Below are positions 31,341 through 40,265 of a stretch of DNA of 42,307 bases, in pieces. A program made the position numbers and the translations under genes. The notes under the pieces are model-generated. The model ran no database searches. It was not told the DNA's origin and worked only from the letters and a program-made list of their open reading frames with translations. Within the stretch, counting starts at the first letter, position 1, and every line of letters begins with the position of its first letter. The DNA comes from an uncultured Clostridia bacterium (GTDB lineage: Bacteria > Bacillota > Clostridia > Christensenellales > CAG-1252). The DNA is taken from assembly GCA_946625545.1 (NCBI GenBank), contig CAMOTC010000003.1, positions 1 through 42,307 of the forward strand, written 5' to 3'.

Positions 31341-31351
31341 TTAAGCACTTT

Positions 31352-31381
31352 GACCTCCCGAGAATTCGGGAGGTTTTTTTT
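31352..31381 (+). terminator. Riboswitch expression platform: terminator / RBS-sequestering hairpin
   Basis: ACCTCCCGA-GAAT-TCGGGAGGT then T run ending at ATG 31382. Confidence 0.8.
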
Positions 31382-32536
31382 ATGACAAACACATTACTTT
31401 CTGCCGAGATGAAGTTTTATCCGATCTTGTTCGATAGTGCGCAAAACGCGCTTAGATCGGTCTTTATATGGATCACGCTTCTCGGGATGATCGCATATCT
31501 TATCGCTTATTTTCTCCTAAAGGAGAAGCCTGCTTGGAAAAAGGTAAAAAAGGGGACTTTGATCGGGGTCATCGTATACGCGACGATCATATTCATCACA
31601 CAATTGGTCTTTTCCTTTCGAGAGGACGGGATCGTTACCATCCTCTTTGTGCCGCTCCTCGTTTCGATCCTGCTAATTGCAGGTAGTGTCGTATTGCTGA
31701 TTGTGCGCCCGGGGCAAATCTCGAACGTGATCGCAGGCTCGCTGATCGGTGTGGGGCTACTCGCAGTGTTGATCTGTATCGGAGTGCATTTTGCGAGCGG
31801 CAATGCCATCGAGATCAACGACGTGGACGGGGCGGACGTGAGCAGTATGATGCTCTATATCTTCGCAGCGATCGGGATCGTGCTTCTCTTCTTTATCTCC
31901 TATTTTTTCGGAAAAAAGGGGAATAACGGATTTGATACGAAGTCCATTACTTATGCGGCGATCTGCTTGGCGTTGAGCTTTGCGCTCTCCTTTTTGAGCT
32001 TGATCAAGCTACCTCAAGGAGGATCGGTTACTCTCGTCAGCTTACTGCCGTTGATGCTGTATTCGCAGATGTTCGGCGTCCGTAAAGGCGTAATTGTCGG
32101 ATTTATTTACGGCTTATTGCAGGCGATACAGACCCCCTATATCTTGCATCCCGCGCAGTTTCTCCTCGATTATCCCATCGCATTTGCGATGATCGGGTTT
32201 GCGTCCTTGTTTACGCAGGGAGGGATCAAAGATAAGAAAGGGATCGTCCTCTTTGCCGCCGGGGCGCTCTTTGCTGCGACGATGCGTTATCTGGCGCATT
32301 TCGTTTCCGGAGTTTTCGCTTTTTCCAGTTATGCACGCTATGCAGGGTATGACAGCGCGGTCATATACAGTTTGGTCTATAATTCGTTTGTTTTCGTTGA
32401 TATGGCGATTGCGCTAGTGGTCGGTGTGATGATCCTCTTTAATACCGCATTCCGTAAATTGATCGACGGGATCAACTATTCCGTTATGACGCCTCGTACG
32501 GCAGAGACCGCTAGCGTCGAAGATAAAGGTGAATGA
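31382..32536 (+). CDS. thiT: Energy-coupled thiamine transporter ThiT with N-terminal membrane extension
   Basis: C-terminal half: LPQGGSVTL, HPAQFLLDYPIAF, RYLAHFVSGVFAF, YSLVYN; TPP riboswitch upstream. Confidence 0.85.
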   Translation: MTNTLLSAEMKFYPILFDSAQNALRSVFIWITLLGMIAYLIAYFLLKEKPAWKKVKKGTLIGVIVYATIIFITQLVFSFREDGIVTILFVPLLVSILLIAGSVVLLIVRPGQISNVIAGSLIGVGLLAVLICIGVHFASGNAIEINDVDGADVSSMMLYIFAAIGIVLLFFISYFFGKKGNNGFDTKSITYAAICLALSFALSFLSLIKLPQGGSVTLVSLLPLMLYSQMFGVRKGVIVGFIYGLLQAIQTPYILHPAQFLLDYPIAFAMIGFASLFTQGGIKDKKGIVLFAAGALFAATMRYLAHFVSGVFAFSSYARYAGYDSAVIYSLVYNSFVFVDMAIALVVGVMILFNTAFRKLIDGINYSVMTPRTAETASVEDKGE

Positions 32537-32557
32537 GATCACATATATTCAGGGATC

Positions 32558-32586
32558 GGGGCTTGCCGGTGCAAGCCCTTTTTTTT
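32558..32586 (+). terminator. Intrinsic terminator after thiT
   Basis: GGGCTTGC-CGGT-GCAAGCCC then T run. Confidence 0.8.
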
Positions 32587-32616
32587 ATCGCTCTATCAGA
32601 TAGTTTTTCCTTTCGA

Positions 32617-32646
32617 TTGACTAATCGCGAGGCGTGAGGATATAAT
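32617..32646 (+). promoter_or_regulatory. SigA promoter (probably leaderless) for ABC-ATPase-like gene
   Basis: TTGACT-18 bp-TATAAT, 6 nt before ATG 32653. Confidence 0.65.
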
Positions 32647-32652
32647 TTACTT

Positions 32653-33699
32653 ATGAGTAAATTAGTTTGCAAGGACTTTTCCGTTCAGTATTTTGGATAC
32701 GACGCCGCGATAAATAACGTCACGACGACCTTTTCCGATGGTGTGAACGTAGTCTTTGCAGGCGAAAAGGGCGGAAAAACCACCTTTTTGAAGGCGCTCG
32801 CGGGACTGATCCCGCATAGCGGCGAGCTTTACTTGGATGACGTCAATATGGACGACGTCCCCTTAAAGGATCGCGATTTTCAGATGCTCTTTGACGATTA
32901 CGCCCTCTTTTCGCGCCGTTCCGTGCGCTATAATCTCGAGTATCCCTTGAAGATACGTAAAATGCCAAAGGGAAAAAGGCGTGCTCTTATAGAGAGCGTT
33001 GCGCCTCTTTTCGATCTCGATATCATGATCGACGCACCTGTTTACCGATTGAATGAGTGGCTCAAGGTGACTCTCGTGCTATGCCGCGCATATATGCGCC
33101 GTGCGAAGGTCTTATTGATCGACAATATCTTCTCGAAATTATCCCTTTCGGAGAGAAGGGAGGCTTTTCTTCGTTTCATACCTCTTTTCCGCGAGGGCAT
33201 CGTGATCTATGCTACAGATGACAAGGGGGAGGCTTCTGCCTTGTCGCGTGAGATCAAGCATTTGACTTGCGGTTATCTGATGCAAGAGGGCGCGCCGACA
33301 GACTTTATCGCGAAAGCGCGAGCGTTATCCGTTTTTACCGCTTGGAGAGACTATCCCTCGGTATTGCCTTGCACGGTGAGAGAGGATGGATTGGAGTTTT
33401 TCGGCGTTCTATACGAAAGTGAAATGAAGGGAAAGATCTCTTCTTACGTCGGCAAGGATGCGCTTGCGGGGATATTGCCCGAGGATATTATCCTTGAAAA
33501 CCGTGGTTTCGATGCCGTTGTCATAGGTCGTTTTTACATAGGAGATCGCCTCGTGTATTGCGCGGAGAGAGAAGGAACTCGTCTCTACTTCTATAGCGAG
33601 CAGGATCTCTCGCGCGATTCGACAGTCAAACTCATTGTGAGACGTGTCGCAGGCGTTTTCGATGCGCTGAATGAGCGCAATATTTTGGAGGTGATGTGA
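32653..33699 (+). CDS. MalK/PotA-like ABC ATP-binding protein with degenerate catalytic motifs
   Basis: GGKTTFLKALAGL..HSGELYLD, MLFDDYALF..SVRYNLEYPLKIRK follow the MalK template, but signature, Walker B and H-loop are altered. Confidence 0.75.
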   Translation: MSKLVCKDFSVQYFGYDAAINNVTTTFSDGVNVVFAGEKGGKTTFLKALAGLIPHSGELYLDDVNMDDVPLKDRDFQMLFDDYALFSRRSVRYNLEYPLKIRKMPKGKRRALIESVAPLFDLDIMIDAPVYRLNEWLKVTLVLCRAYMRRAKVLLIDNIFSKLSLSERREAFLRFIPLFREGIVIYATDDKGEASALSREIKHLTCGYLMQEGAPTDFIAKARALSVFTAWRDYPSVLPCTVREDGLEFFGVLYESEMKGKISSYVGKDALAGILPEDIILENRGFDAVVIGRFYIGDRLVYCAEREGTRLYFYSEQDLSRDSTVKLIVRRVAGVFDALNERNILEVM

Positions 33700-34973
33700 T
33701 GAAAAAATGGGGCAAAATGCTTCTTATCGCTCTTGTAGCCATCATTGTATCTGTTACTGCTTTTTCCTGTAAAACGGTTACGGAGGAGAAGTTGCAGGTT
33801 TTGGACGATCGCTTTGATCTCACCAATCAAGTGCTGAACTATATTGCGGAGAATTACTATGACGATATGGATATGGACGATGCGGATCTCTACGCCGCGT
33901 ATGGGATCGTATCCAGTCTCGGCGAATACAATTATATCTATTCCTCTGCCGACGTGATGGGGGCAGGCTCAGACGGCAAAGGATTTGGCTTAATCATCAG
34001 AAATACTGCCTATAATGAGCATTTGATCGACTTTATCTTGCCGGGATCGCCTTTCTTGACGGCATCAAACGGACATTCGGTCATTCGCGGTGACGAGCTG
34101 TATGCGGTAAACGATCAGAGGCTCTCGGGTCTCTCTTCGAGCGCATATTCCGCGATCATTTCCGCGCTTCCTTCCGATACTCCTGTGAAGTTTACCCTCG
34201 TTCGTGGCGAGGAGCGCTTTGAGGTGTATTATTCCAAAGTGGACTTCACGTTCCCGTACTGTATCTATATCAACGATCTGCCCGGTGTATCCTCGCAGCT
34301 CGGGTATATCTATCTGCGTACCTTTGATAATTCCACGAACGTCTTGAATGAGTTTAAGAATGCCGTGCATTCCTATAACGTAGACGCAAATCGCGCCTTG
34401 ATCCTCGACCTCAGGGGAAATGGCGGGGGCAGTGCGGAAGTATTGCGCTATATCGCGTCCACTTTCCTCGGGAGCGACGTCCCGGTGGGTACGCCCCTCG
34501 TGGAGATCCATTATGCGAAGGAAGATCGTTCCGTCCATATCAGCTCTATCGCCGTCTCGGAAAAGATCGATACCCCCGTTTACGTTCTCTGTGACGGTGG
34601 GACGGCTTCTGCGTCCGAGGCTTTGATCGGCATTTTGAAGGCGCATGGGAGCACGACTCCCTTGATCGGAAAACCGACGGTCGGTAAAGGGGTCGCGCAA
34701 AATGGATTTACGACCTATACCGAGGGAGAGAAAGGGATCATTCGCGATAAAGGAACGGATGAAAACGGTAATGAGATCGATCTCGACCTCTATCTCTTGC
34801 AGATCATCGTGGGGAAATACTATATCTATGACGATTCGGTCGAAGGGGGCAAGTATTGTATCCACGGCAAGCCTTTTACGCCCGATATCCTGATCACAGG
34901 AGATAATCCCGTTACGCCCGATTACCGCGATGATCTCTATATCAAAGCCGCGATCGAGGACTACAACAAATAA
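33696..34973 (+). CDS. S41 family C-terminal processing peptidase, lipoprotein
   Basis: Lipobox AFSC; PDZ-like segment; LILDLRGNGGG, TASASE, GKPTVGKG; start GTG 33696 or ATG 33699. Confidence 0.88.
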   Translation: MMKKWGKMLLIALVAIIVSVTAFSCKTVTEEKLQVLDDRFDLTNQVLNYIAENYYDDMDMDDADLYAAYGIVSSLGEYNYIYSSADVMGAGSDGKGFGLIIRNTAYNEHLIDFILPGSPFLTASNGHSVIRGDELYAVNDQRLSGLSSSAYSAIISALPSDTPVKFTLVRGEERFEVYYSKVDFTFPYCIYINDLPGVSSQLGYIYLRTFDNSTNVLNEFKNAVHSYNVDANRALILDLRGNGGGSAEVLRYIASTFLGSDVPVGTPLVEIHYAKEDRSVHISSIAVSEKIDTPVYVLCDGGTASASEALIGILKAHGSTTPLIGKPTVGKGVAQNGFTTYTEGEKGIIRDKGTDENGNEIDLDLYLLQIIVGKYYIYDDSVEGGKYCIHGKPFTPDILITGDNPVTPDYRDDLYIKAAIEDYNK

Positions 34974-34993
34974 AAACTCTAAGGAGGAGACTT

Positions 34994-36040
34994 ATGAAAA
35001 AAATCATTTTAACCGCACTCTTGATACTTACTGTTCTCACAATGAGCGTCTTTTCCTTTGCGGCATGCTCGGATAAAACCGTCGTTTCCGACGATCCGGA
35101 TACGAAGACCGAGAGTATCACGATCGCCGTCCCCGACGGCGGTCCTGCGCTCGGTATGAGTTATCTCATGAAGCATTACGAGAAGATCAGCAATACGACT
35201 GTCACCTATAAGATCGTGGATGGCGCGGCAGGCATCAAATCCGCCGTGATGAGCGGAGAGGCTGACGTCGCGATCATGCCCACGAATATGGCGGCGATTC
35301 TATATAATCAAGGGATCGAGATCCAAGTCGTCGGTACAAATAGCTATGGGCTGCTCTATATGCTCTCAAATAGCGTTGCGCCGAGTGCGTTTACTTTTGA
35401 TGACTTGAAAGGAGAGGTCCTGAATACCGTCGGACAGGGCGGCACTCCCGAGATCGTCTTGAAGAAGGTGCTCGAGGGCGCCGGGATCGAGTACGTGGAA
35501 AGCGATACTCCTGTCGAAGGAAAGGTCGCGATCAAGTATCACACCGAGGGCACGTCGATCATCGGCGGGTTAAAGCAGGGCACCATTCACTTCGCAGTGC
35601 TCGGCGAGCCTGCGGTATCCACGGCACTCCAAAAGGTGGGCGGAAGTCTTGCTATCGTGTGTGATCTCCAGGAGAAGTGGAAGGAAGCGGCGGATACCGA
35701 GTCCAGTTATCCGCAGACCGCGCTCGTCGCAAAGAAATCTTTGATCGAGTCTGATCCTCTCTTGATCCGGTTTATTGCGAAGTACACAGACGACTGCGCC
35801 ACAGCCTTGCGCGAGGATGCCGCTCCCTATATCGCAGAGCTCAAAGATAGGGAAGCGACCGTCCCCGACACATTCGGAAAGGATGGCGTCTCGAGGACAA
35901 ATATAAAGCCCGCTTTCGGCGCTACGGCAAAAACGGATATCGAGGCGTATCTCTCGATCTTGAAAGATTTTAAGCCGCAGTTGATCGGCGGGAAGCTCCC
36001 CGACGCAGGGTTCTACTATGATCTCAGCATAAAGGAGTAA
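34994..36040 (+). CDS. ABC transporter substrate-binding lipoprotein (NitT/TauT/SsuA-like)
   Basis: Lipobox FAAC; GEADVAIMPTNMAAILYN, GQGGTPE, AVLGEPAVS, IGGKLPDAGFYY. Confidence 0.85.
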   Translation: MKKIILTALLILTVLTMSVFSFAACSDKTVVSDDPDTKTESITIAVPDGGPALGMSYLMKHYEKISNTTVTYKIVDGAAGIKSAVMSGEADVAIMPTNMAAILYNQGIEIQVVGTNSYGLLYMLSNSVAPSAFTFDDLKGEVLNTVGQGGTPEIVLKKVLEGAGIEYVESDTPVEGKVAIKYHTEGTSIIGGLKQGTIHFAVLGEPAVSTALQKVGGSLAIVCDLQEKWKEAADTESSYPQTALVAKKSLIESDPLLIRFIAKYTDDCATALREDAAPYIAELKDREATVPDTFGKDGVSRTNIKPAFGATAKTDIEAYLSILKDFKPQLIGGKLPDAGFYYDLSIKE

Positions 36041-36041
36041 A

Positions 36042-36806
36042 ATGGAAAAAAAGAGGCTGATCTACAATATCCTCGCTCCCATCGCGGGATGTGTGGTGTT
36101 TATAGCCGTGTGGTTCGCGGTCGCCGCGGCGATCGGGAAGAGTATCATTCTGCCTTCTCCCGCGGACACGTTGATCAGTTTCTTTGATTTGCTCGGACAA
36201 GGAGGCTTTTATCTCGCAGTGCTGAAGACGCTTGGGCGTACGCTCCTGAGCTTTATTATCGCCTTTATCCTTGCGTGCTTGCTCGCATTTTGTTCGGTAA
36301 AATCCGAATTTTTCAAGAAAGCATTCGCGCCGCTTGCCGTCATCGTGCGCGTCTTGCCGACGATATCGGTGATCTTACTCGTGTTGATATGGTTCAAGAG
36401 CGCTGTCGCTCCTTACGTCATCACCTTTATCGTCATATTCCCGATGCTTTATACGACGGTACTTGACGCCGCAGAAAATGTCGATCCCAATCTCATTGAG
36501 ATGTGCGAAGCGTATAAAGTCTCGAAGGGGAGACAGCTTTTATACCTATATATCCCCGATATGATCCCTTCGGTACTGACGGGGATCAGTATCACTTTGT
36601 CTTTTTCGGTCAAGCTGACAATCGCCGCCGAGGTGCTCGCTTCGACGCAGCGCAGTATGGGCAGATATATGTCGCAGGCATCTGCTTATATAGAGACCTC
36701 GACACTTCTTGCTTGGACGCTTGCGGCGATCATACTCGGCTTTTTGCTCGAAGGGCTCGTGCTACTTCTTAAAAAGCTATTAGCGAGGCATTATCATGCA
36801 AACTGA
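36042..36806 (+). CDS. ABC transporter permease (TauC/SsuC-like)
   Basis: ILPSPADT, multiple TM segments, VDPNLIEMCEAY, KLTIAAEVL. Confidence 0.88.
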   Translation: MEKKRLIYNILAPIAGCVVFIAVWFAVAAAIGKSIILPSPADTLISFFDLLGQGGFYLAVLKTLGRTLLSFIIAFILACLLAFCSVKSEFFKKAFAPLAVIVRVLPTISVILLVLIWFKSAVAPYVITFIVIFPMLYTTVLDAAENVDPNLIEMCEAYKVSKGRQLLYLYIPDMIPSVLTGISITLSFSVKLTIAAEVLASTQRSMGRYMSQASAYIETSTLLAWTLAAIILGFLLEGLVLLLKKLLARHYHAN

Positions 36807-37509
36807 GCGCAAAACATTCGATATCTCGAATATTTCGGTTCGTTTCGGTGATAAGACGGTTTTCCGCGACTTTTCTCTCGCGCTCCCGAAGAATGAGATC
36901 ACATGTGTCCTCGGACCATCCGGGTCGGGTAAGACGACTTTATTGAAGGTGCTCTCCGGGATACTGCCCATAGAGGGCTTTTGCTCGCCGAAATGCTCGT
37001 TTGTCTTTCAGGATCATCGTTTGATCCCTTATCTCACTGCGCTGGATAATCTCGCGATCATCCTTGATGGGGACAATGTATCCCGCAAGGAAAGAGCGCG
37101 CCTGATGCTCTCGGATATGGAGTTAAAGGAAGCGGAAAACCTCTATCCGCATGAACTGTCCGGTGGTATGGCGCAACGTGTGGCCATCGCGAGAGGCCTC
37201 TTGTATGAAGCGGATATATTACTTCTTGACGAACCTTTCAAAGGACTTGACCTCGGTCTGCAGGAGCGCTTGATCAAGTATTTCGGCAAGTATTGGGAAG
37301 CGAAGCGCCGCACGACCGTATTTGTTACGCACAGTATCCTTGAAGCGATCCTTGTCGCCGATCGTATCATTATTTTGGATAAAGGAGAGGAGGGCGCAAA
37401 GGTCGTTTACGATAAAGCCGTGACTCTCCCGCGTTCCGCGCGTGCGCTCGGTGATCCCGAAGTGGACGCCCTTCGTAAGGAGATCCATGATATCCTCGTC
37501 GCTCTTTAA
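36796..37509 (+). CDS. ABC transporter ATP-binding protein (TauB/SsuB-like)
   Basis: GPSGSGKTT, FVFQDHRL, LSGGMAQRV, LLLDEPF, FVTHS. Confidence 0.92.
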   Translation: MQTERKTFDISNISVRFGDKTVFRDFSLALPKNEITCVLGPSGSGKTTLLKVLSGILPIEGFCSPKCSFVFQDHRLIPYLTALDNLAIILDGDNVSRKERARLMLSDMELKEAENLYPHELSGGMAQRVAIARGLLYEADILLLDEPFKGLDLGLQERLIKYFGKYWEAKRRTTVFVTHSILEAILVADRIIILDKGEEGAKVVYDKAVTLPRSARALGDPEVDALRKEIHDILVAL

Positions 37510-37781
37510 TTTCCTCTGATCATTTTCAGAACGGCATTCAGCCTATCTAGTTGCTCTTGATTTAAGATAGGAGTGACGCTCTCTGCGAATTTTTGCAGTT
37601 GCTCATCGCTGATCGATCCATCCGCTTTGCCTTGTCTTACGGTTTTCATGATATCTCCGAGCAACTCTTCGTCGCTTTTCCCCGCATAACGTTCCGCTGC
37701 TTTTCTGATATCGTTTTCGTTTGCCGTGGCGCTTTGCTCGGGTTTATCGTGAAAACCTTTATTGAAAGATCTGAAGTCCAT
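37506..37781 (-). CDS. Small hypothetical protein (91 aa, helical)
   Basis: GGAGGAG RBS before ATG 37781; MDFRSFNK...AERYAGKSDEELLGDIMKTV...LNQEQLDRLNAVLKMI. Confidence 0.7.
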   Translation of the reverse strand: MDFRSFNKGFHDKPEQSATANENDIRKAAERYAGKSDEELLGDIMKTVRQGKADGSISDEQLQKFAESVTPILNQEQLDRLNAVLKMIRGN

Positions 37782-37841
37782 ATCTCCTCCCGTATTCACT
37801 GAATTATACTCCTCGGCATATACAAATGTGACGGAGGGTAT

Positions 37842-38198
37842 ATGGATCTTGGCATTTTATCGGGATTTTTAGGCGGTCAGAAAAAGGATAATTCTATGTT
37901 AGCGACGCTTTTGCCTATGCTCCTCGGAGGAAAGCTATCATCGAATACGGGCGGTGCTACCGGTGATCTCTTGAGTTCACTTTTCAAGGGAGCGCCTAGG
38001 GAGAAAGGAGATGATTTTCCGCCTTTATTCGGTGGTGTAACAGGGGAAAATAGCACCACCCCGATCGGTCTCTCCGATCTCCTCGGCAAGGTCATGTCAG
38101 CGCCTCAGGGGAATAATCTACCCGCGCCTTCTCATCCCGAATATCCGTACGAATTGCAGTATAATCGTCCTTTTAAACCCAATTCGCGCGATAAATAA
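37842..38198 (+). CDS. Small hypothetical protein (118 aa, Gly/Pro/Leu-rich)
   Basis: GGAGGG RBS; fills the gap before the topoisomerase promoter. Confidence 0.6.
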   Translation: MDLGILSGFLGGQKKDNSMLATLLPMLLGGKLSSNTGGATGDLLSSLFKGAPREKGDDFPPLFGGVTGENSTTPIGLSDLLGKVMSAPQGNNLPAPSHPEYPYELQYNRPFKPNSRDK

Positions 38199-38224
38199 TG
38201 GGGAAATATTACACAATAAATACT

Positions 38225-38252
38225 TTGCAATAAACACAATATATGGTATAAT
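38225..38252 (+). promoter_or_regulatory. SigA promoter for topoisomerase operon
   Basis: TTGCAA-16 bp-TATAAT with extended -10 TG. Confidence 0.6.
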
Positions 38253-38294
38253 AAACAAGATTTTAGATCCAAATATTGTTTTCGGAGGAGTCTT

Positions 38295-40265
38295 GTGAGC
38301 AAAGAATATAACGCAAAAGACATACAAGTCCTCGAAGGACTGGAAGCGGTTCGACTGCGTCCCGGTATGTATATCGGTACGACGGGGGCGAAAGGTCTGC
38401 ATCACATCTTATGGGAGATCGTGGATAACTCTCTCGACGAGATCTGTAACGGATTCGGTTCGCGGGTCGATATCGTGATCTACGGCGATGGCAGTATCAG
38501 CGTAGAGGACGACGGCCGCGGTATCCCTGTCGATAAGCATCCCACTCTCGGGATCAGCGGCGTTGAGGTCGTTTTTACCCAGTTGCACGCCGGCGGCAAG
38601 TTCAATAACGATAACTATACTTTCTCCGGCGGTCTCCACGGCGTCGGCGCTTCGGTGACGAATGCTCTCTCGGAATGGCTCGACGTCACCATCTGCAAGG
38701 ACGGCAAGGTCTATAAGCAGGAGTTCTACTCTCCCGAGATCGACGGCAAGATTCACAGCGGTATCCCGCGCACCCACCTCACCGAGACGGGCGAAAAGAC
38801 CAAGAAGCACGGCACTTACGTGCGTTTCCTTCCGGACAAGCGTGTATTCGGCAAGGAGCTCTTTAACTATCAAACCATCGTATCCCACGTACAGGAGCAG
38901 GCATTCCTGAATCGCGGCATCACGATCACCGTTGAGGACAAGCGTCAGGTGGATGAAGACCTGAATACCTTGAAGTCTACCTTCTGCTATGAGCGCGGAC
39001 TCAGCGACTTTGTCAAATATCTCAATGACGGCAAGGAGCCTTTATTTGGCGATCCTATCGAGTTTGAAGTACAACAGGATCGCTTCTATCTCGGACTCTC
39101 GATGCAGCACACGGGAGCTTATACCGAGAGTATCTTCTCCTACGTCAATAGTATCCCCACCACCGAGGGCGGCACGCACGAGATCGGATTTAAGAGCGCG
39201 TTGACCAAGGTCATGAACGACTACGGCAGAAAGCGCGGCTTGATCAAGGACAAGGATCCGAACCTCCAGGGTGAGGATTTCCGTGAAGGTTTGACCTGCG
39301 TGCTCTCGATCCGTATGCAGAACGTGCAGTTCGAAGGACAGACCAAGACCAAGCTCGGCAATCCCGAGATCCGTCCTCTCGTCGAGGGGATCGTGATGGA
39401 GAAGCTCGACGCCTATCTCTCCGAGAAGAAGCACTTTGACGTCGGCGATAAGATCATCGAGAAGGCGCTCGGTGCGGCGAAGGTCAGAGAAGCGGGAAAG
39501 AAGGCAAAAGAACTCGCTCGCCAAAAGAATAACGCAAACAGCAATATGTTGATCGGTAAGCTCGCGAATTGTACGGGGAGAAAACCCGAGCTGAACGAGC
39601 TCTTTATCGTTGAGGGCGACAGTGCAGGCGGCAGTGCGAAGCAGGGACGTGACAGAAGATTCCAGGCGATCCTCCCCCTCCGCGGTAAGCCGATCAATGC
39701 GGAAAAGAAACGTATCGATCAGCTCCTCTCCAATGAAGAGATCTGCACGATCATCAGCGCTCTCGGCGCGAATTTCGATACAGAGTTTAACGTCAATGCC
39801 TTGAAATTCGGTAAAGTCATCATTCTCGCGGATGCCGACCAGGACGGCGGCCATATACGTTCCATTCTGCTGACTTTCTTCTTCCGTTATATGAAGGAGC
39901 TCATCACCGAGGGGCATCTCTATATCGGTATGCCTCCTCTCTTTAAGGTGGAAAAGAAGGGCGAAGTGCGTTACGCTTACGATGACGTCGCCCTTGATCA
40001 GATCATCTCGGAAGTGGGCAGAAACTATGACCTGCAACGCTACAAAGGTCTCGGTGAGATGAACCCCGAACAGCTGTGGGAAACCACGTTGAATCCCGAG
40101 ACGCGCTGCTTGACTCGCGTCAGCATCGATGATGCGGCTTCGGCGGATCGCTTGATCACGACGCTTATGGGCGACAACGTTGACGCGCGTAAGGCTTACA
40201 TATATCAATACGCGAATTTCAATCGCAAAGACGAAGTGGAGAAGAAGGGTTACTTGAATGTCTGA
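38295..40265 (+). CDS. Type IIA topoisomerase subunit B (GyrB/ParE family, probably ParE)
   Basis: LEGLEAVRLRPGMYIG, EIVDNS, GGLHGVGASV, VEGDSAGG, PLRGK, DADQDG, RYKGLGEMNPEQLWETT. Confidence 0.93.
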   Translation: MSKEYNAKDIQVLEGLEAVRLRPGMYIGTTGAKGLHHILWEIVDNSLDEICNGFGSRVDIVIYGDGSISVEDDGRGIPVDKHPTLGISGVEVVFTQLHAGGKFNNDNYTFSGGLHGVGASVTNALSEWLDVTICKDGKVYKQEFYSPEIDGKIHSGIPRTHLTETGEKTKKHGTYVRFLPDKRVFGKELFNYQTIVSHVQEQAFLNRGITITVEDKRQVDEDLNTLKSTFCYERGLSDFVKYLNDGKEPLFGDPIEFEVQQDRFYLGLSMQHTGAYTESIFSYVNSIPTTEGGTHEIGFKSALTKVMNDYGRKRGLIKDKDPNLQGEDFREGLTCVLSIRMQNVQFEGQTKTKLGNPEIRPLVEGIVMEKLDAYLSEKKHFDVGDKIIEKALGAAKVREAGKKAKELARQKNNANSNMLIGKLANCTGRKPELNELFIVEGDSAGGSAKQGRDRRFQAILPLRGKPINAEKKRIDQLLSNEEICTIISALGANFDTEFNVNALKFGKVIILADADQDGGHIRSILLTFFFRYMKELITEGHLYIGMPPLFKVEKKGEVRYAYDDVALDQIISEVGRNYDLQRYKGLGEMNPEQLWETTLNPETRCLTRVSIDDAASADRLITTLMGDNVDARKAYIYQYANFNRKDEVEKKGYLNV

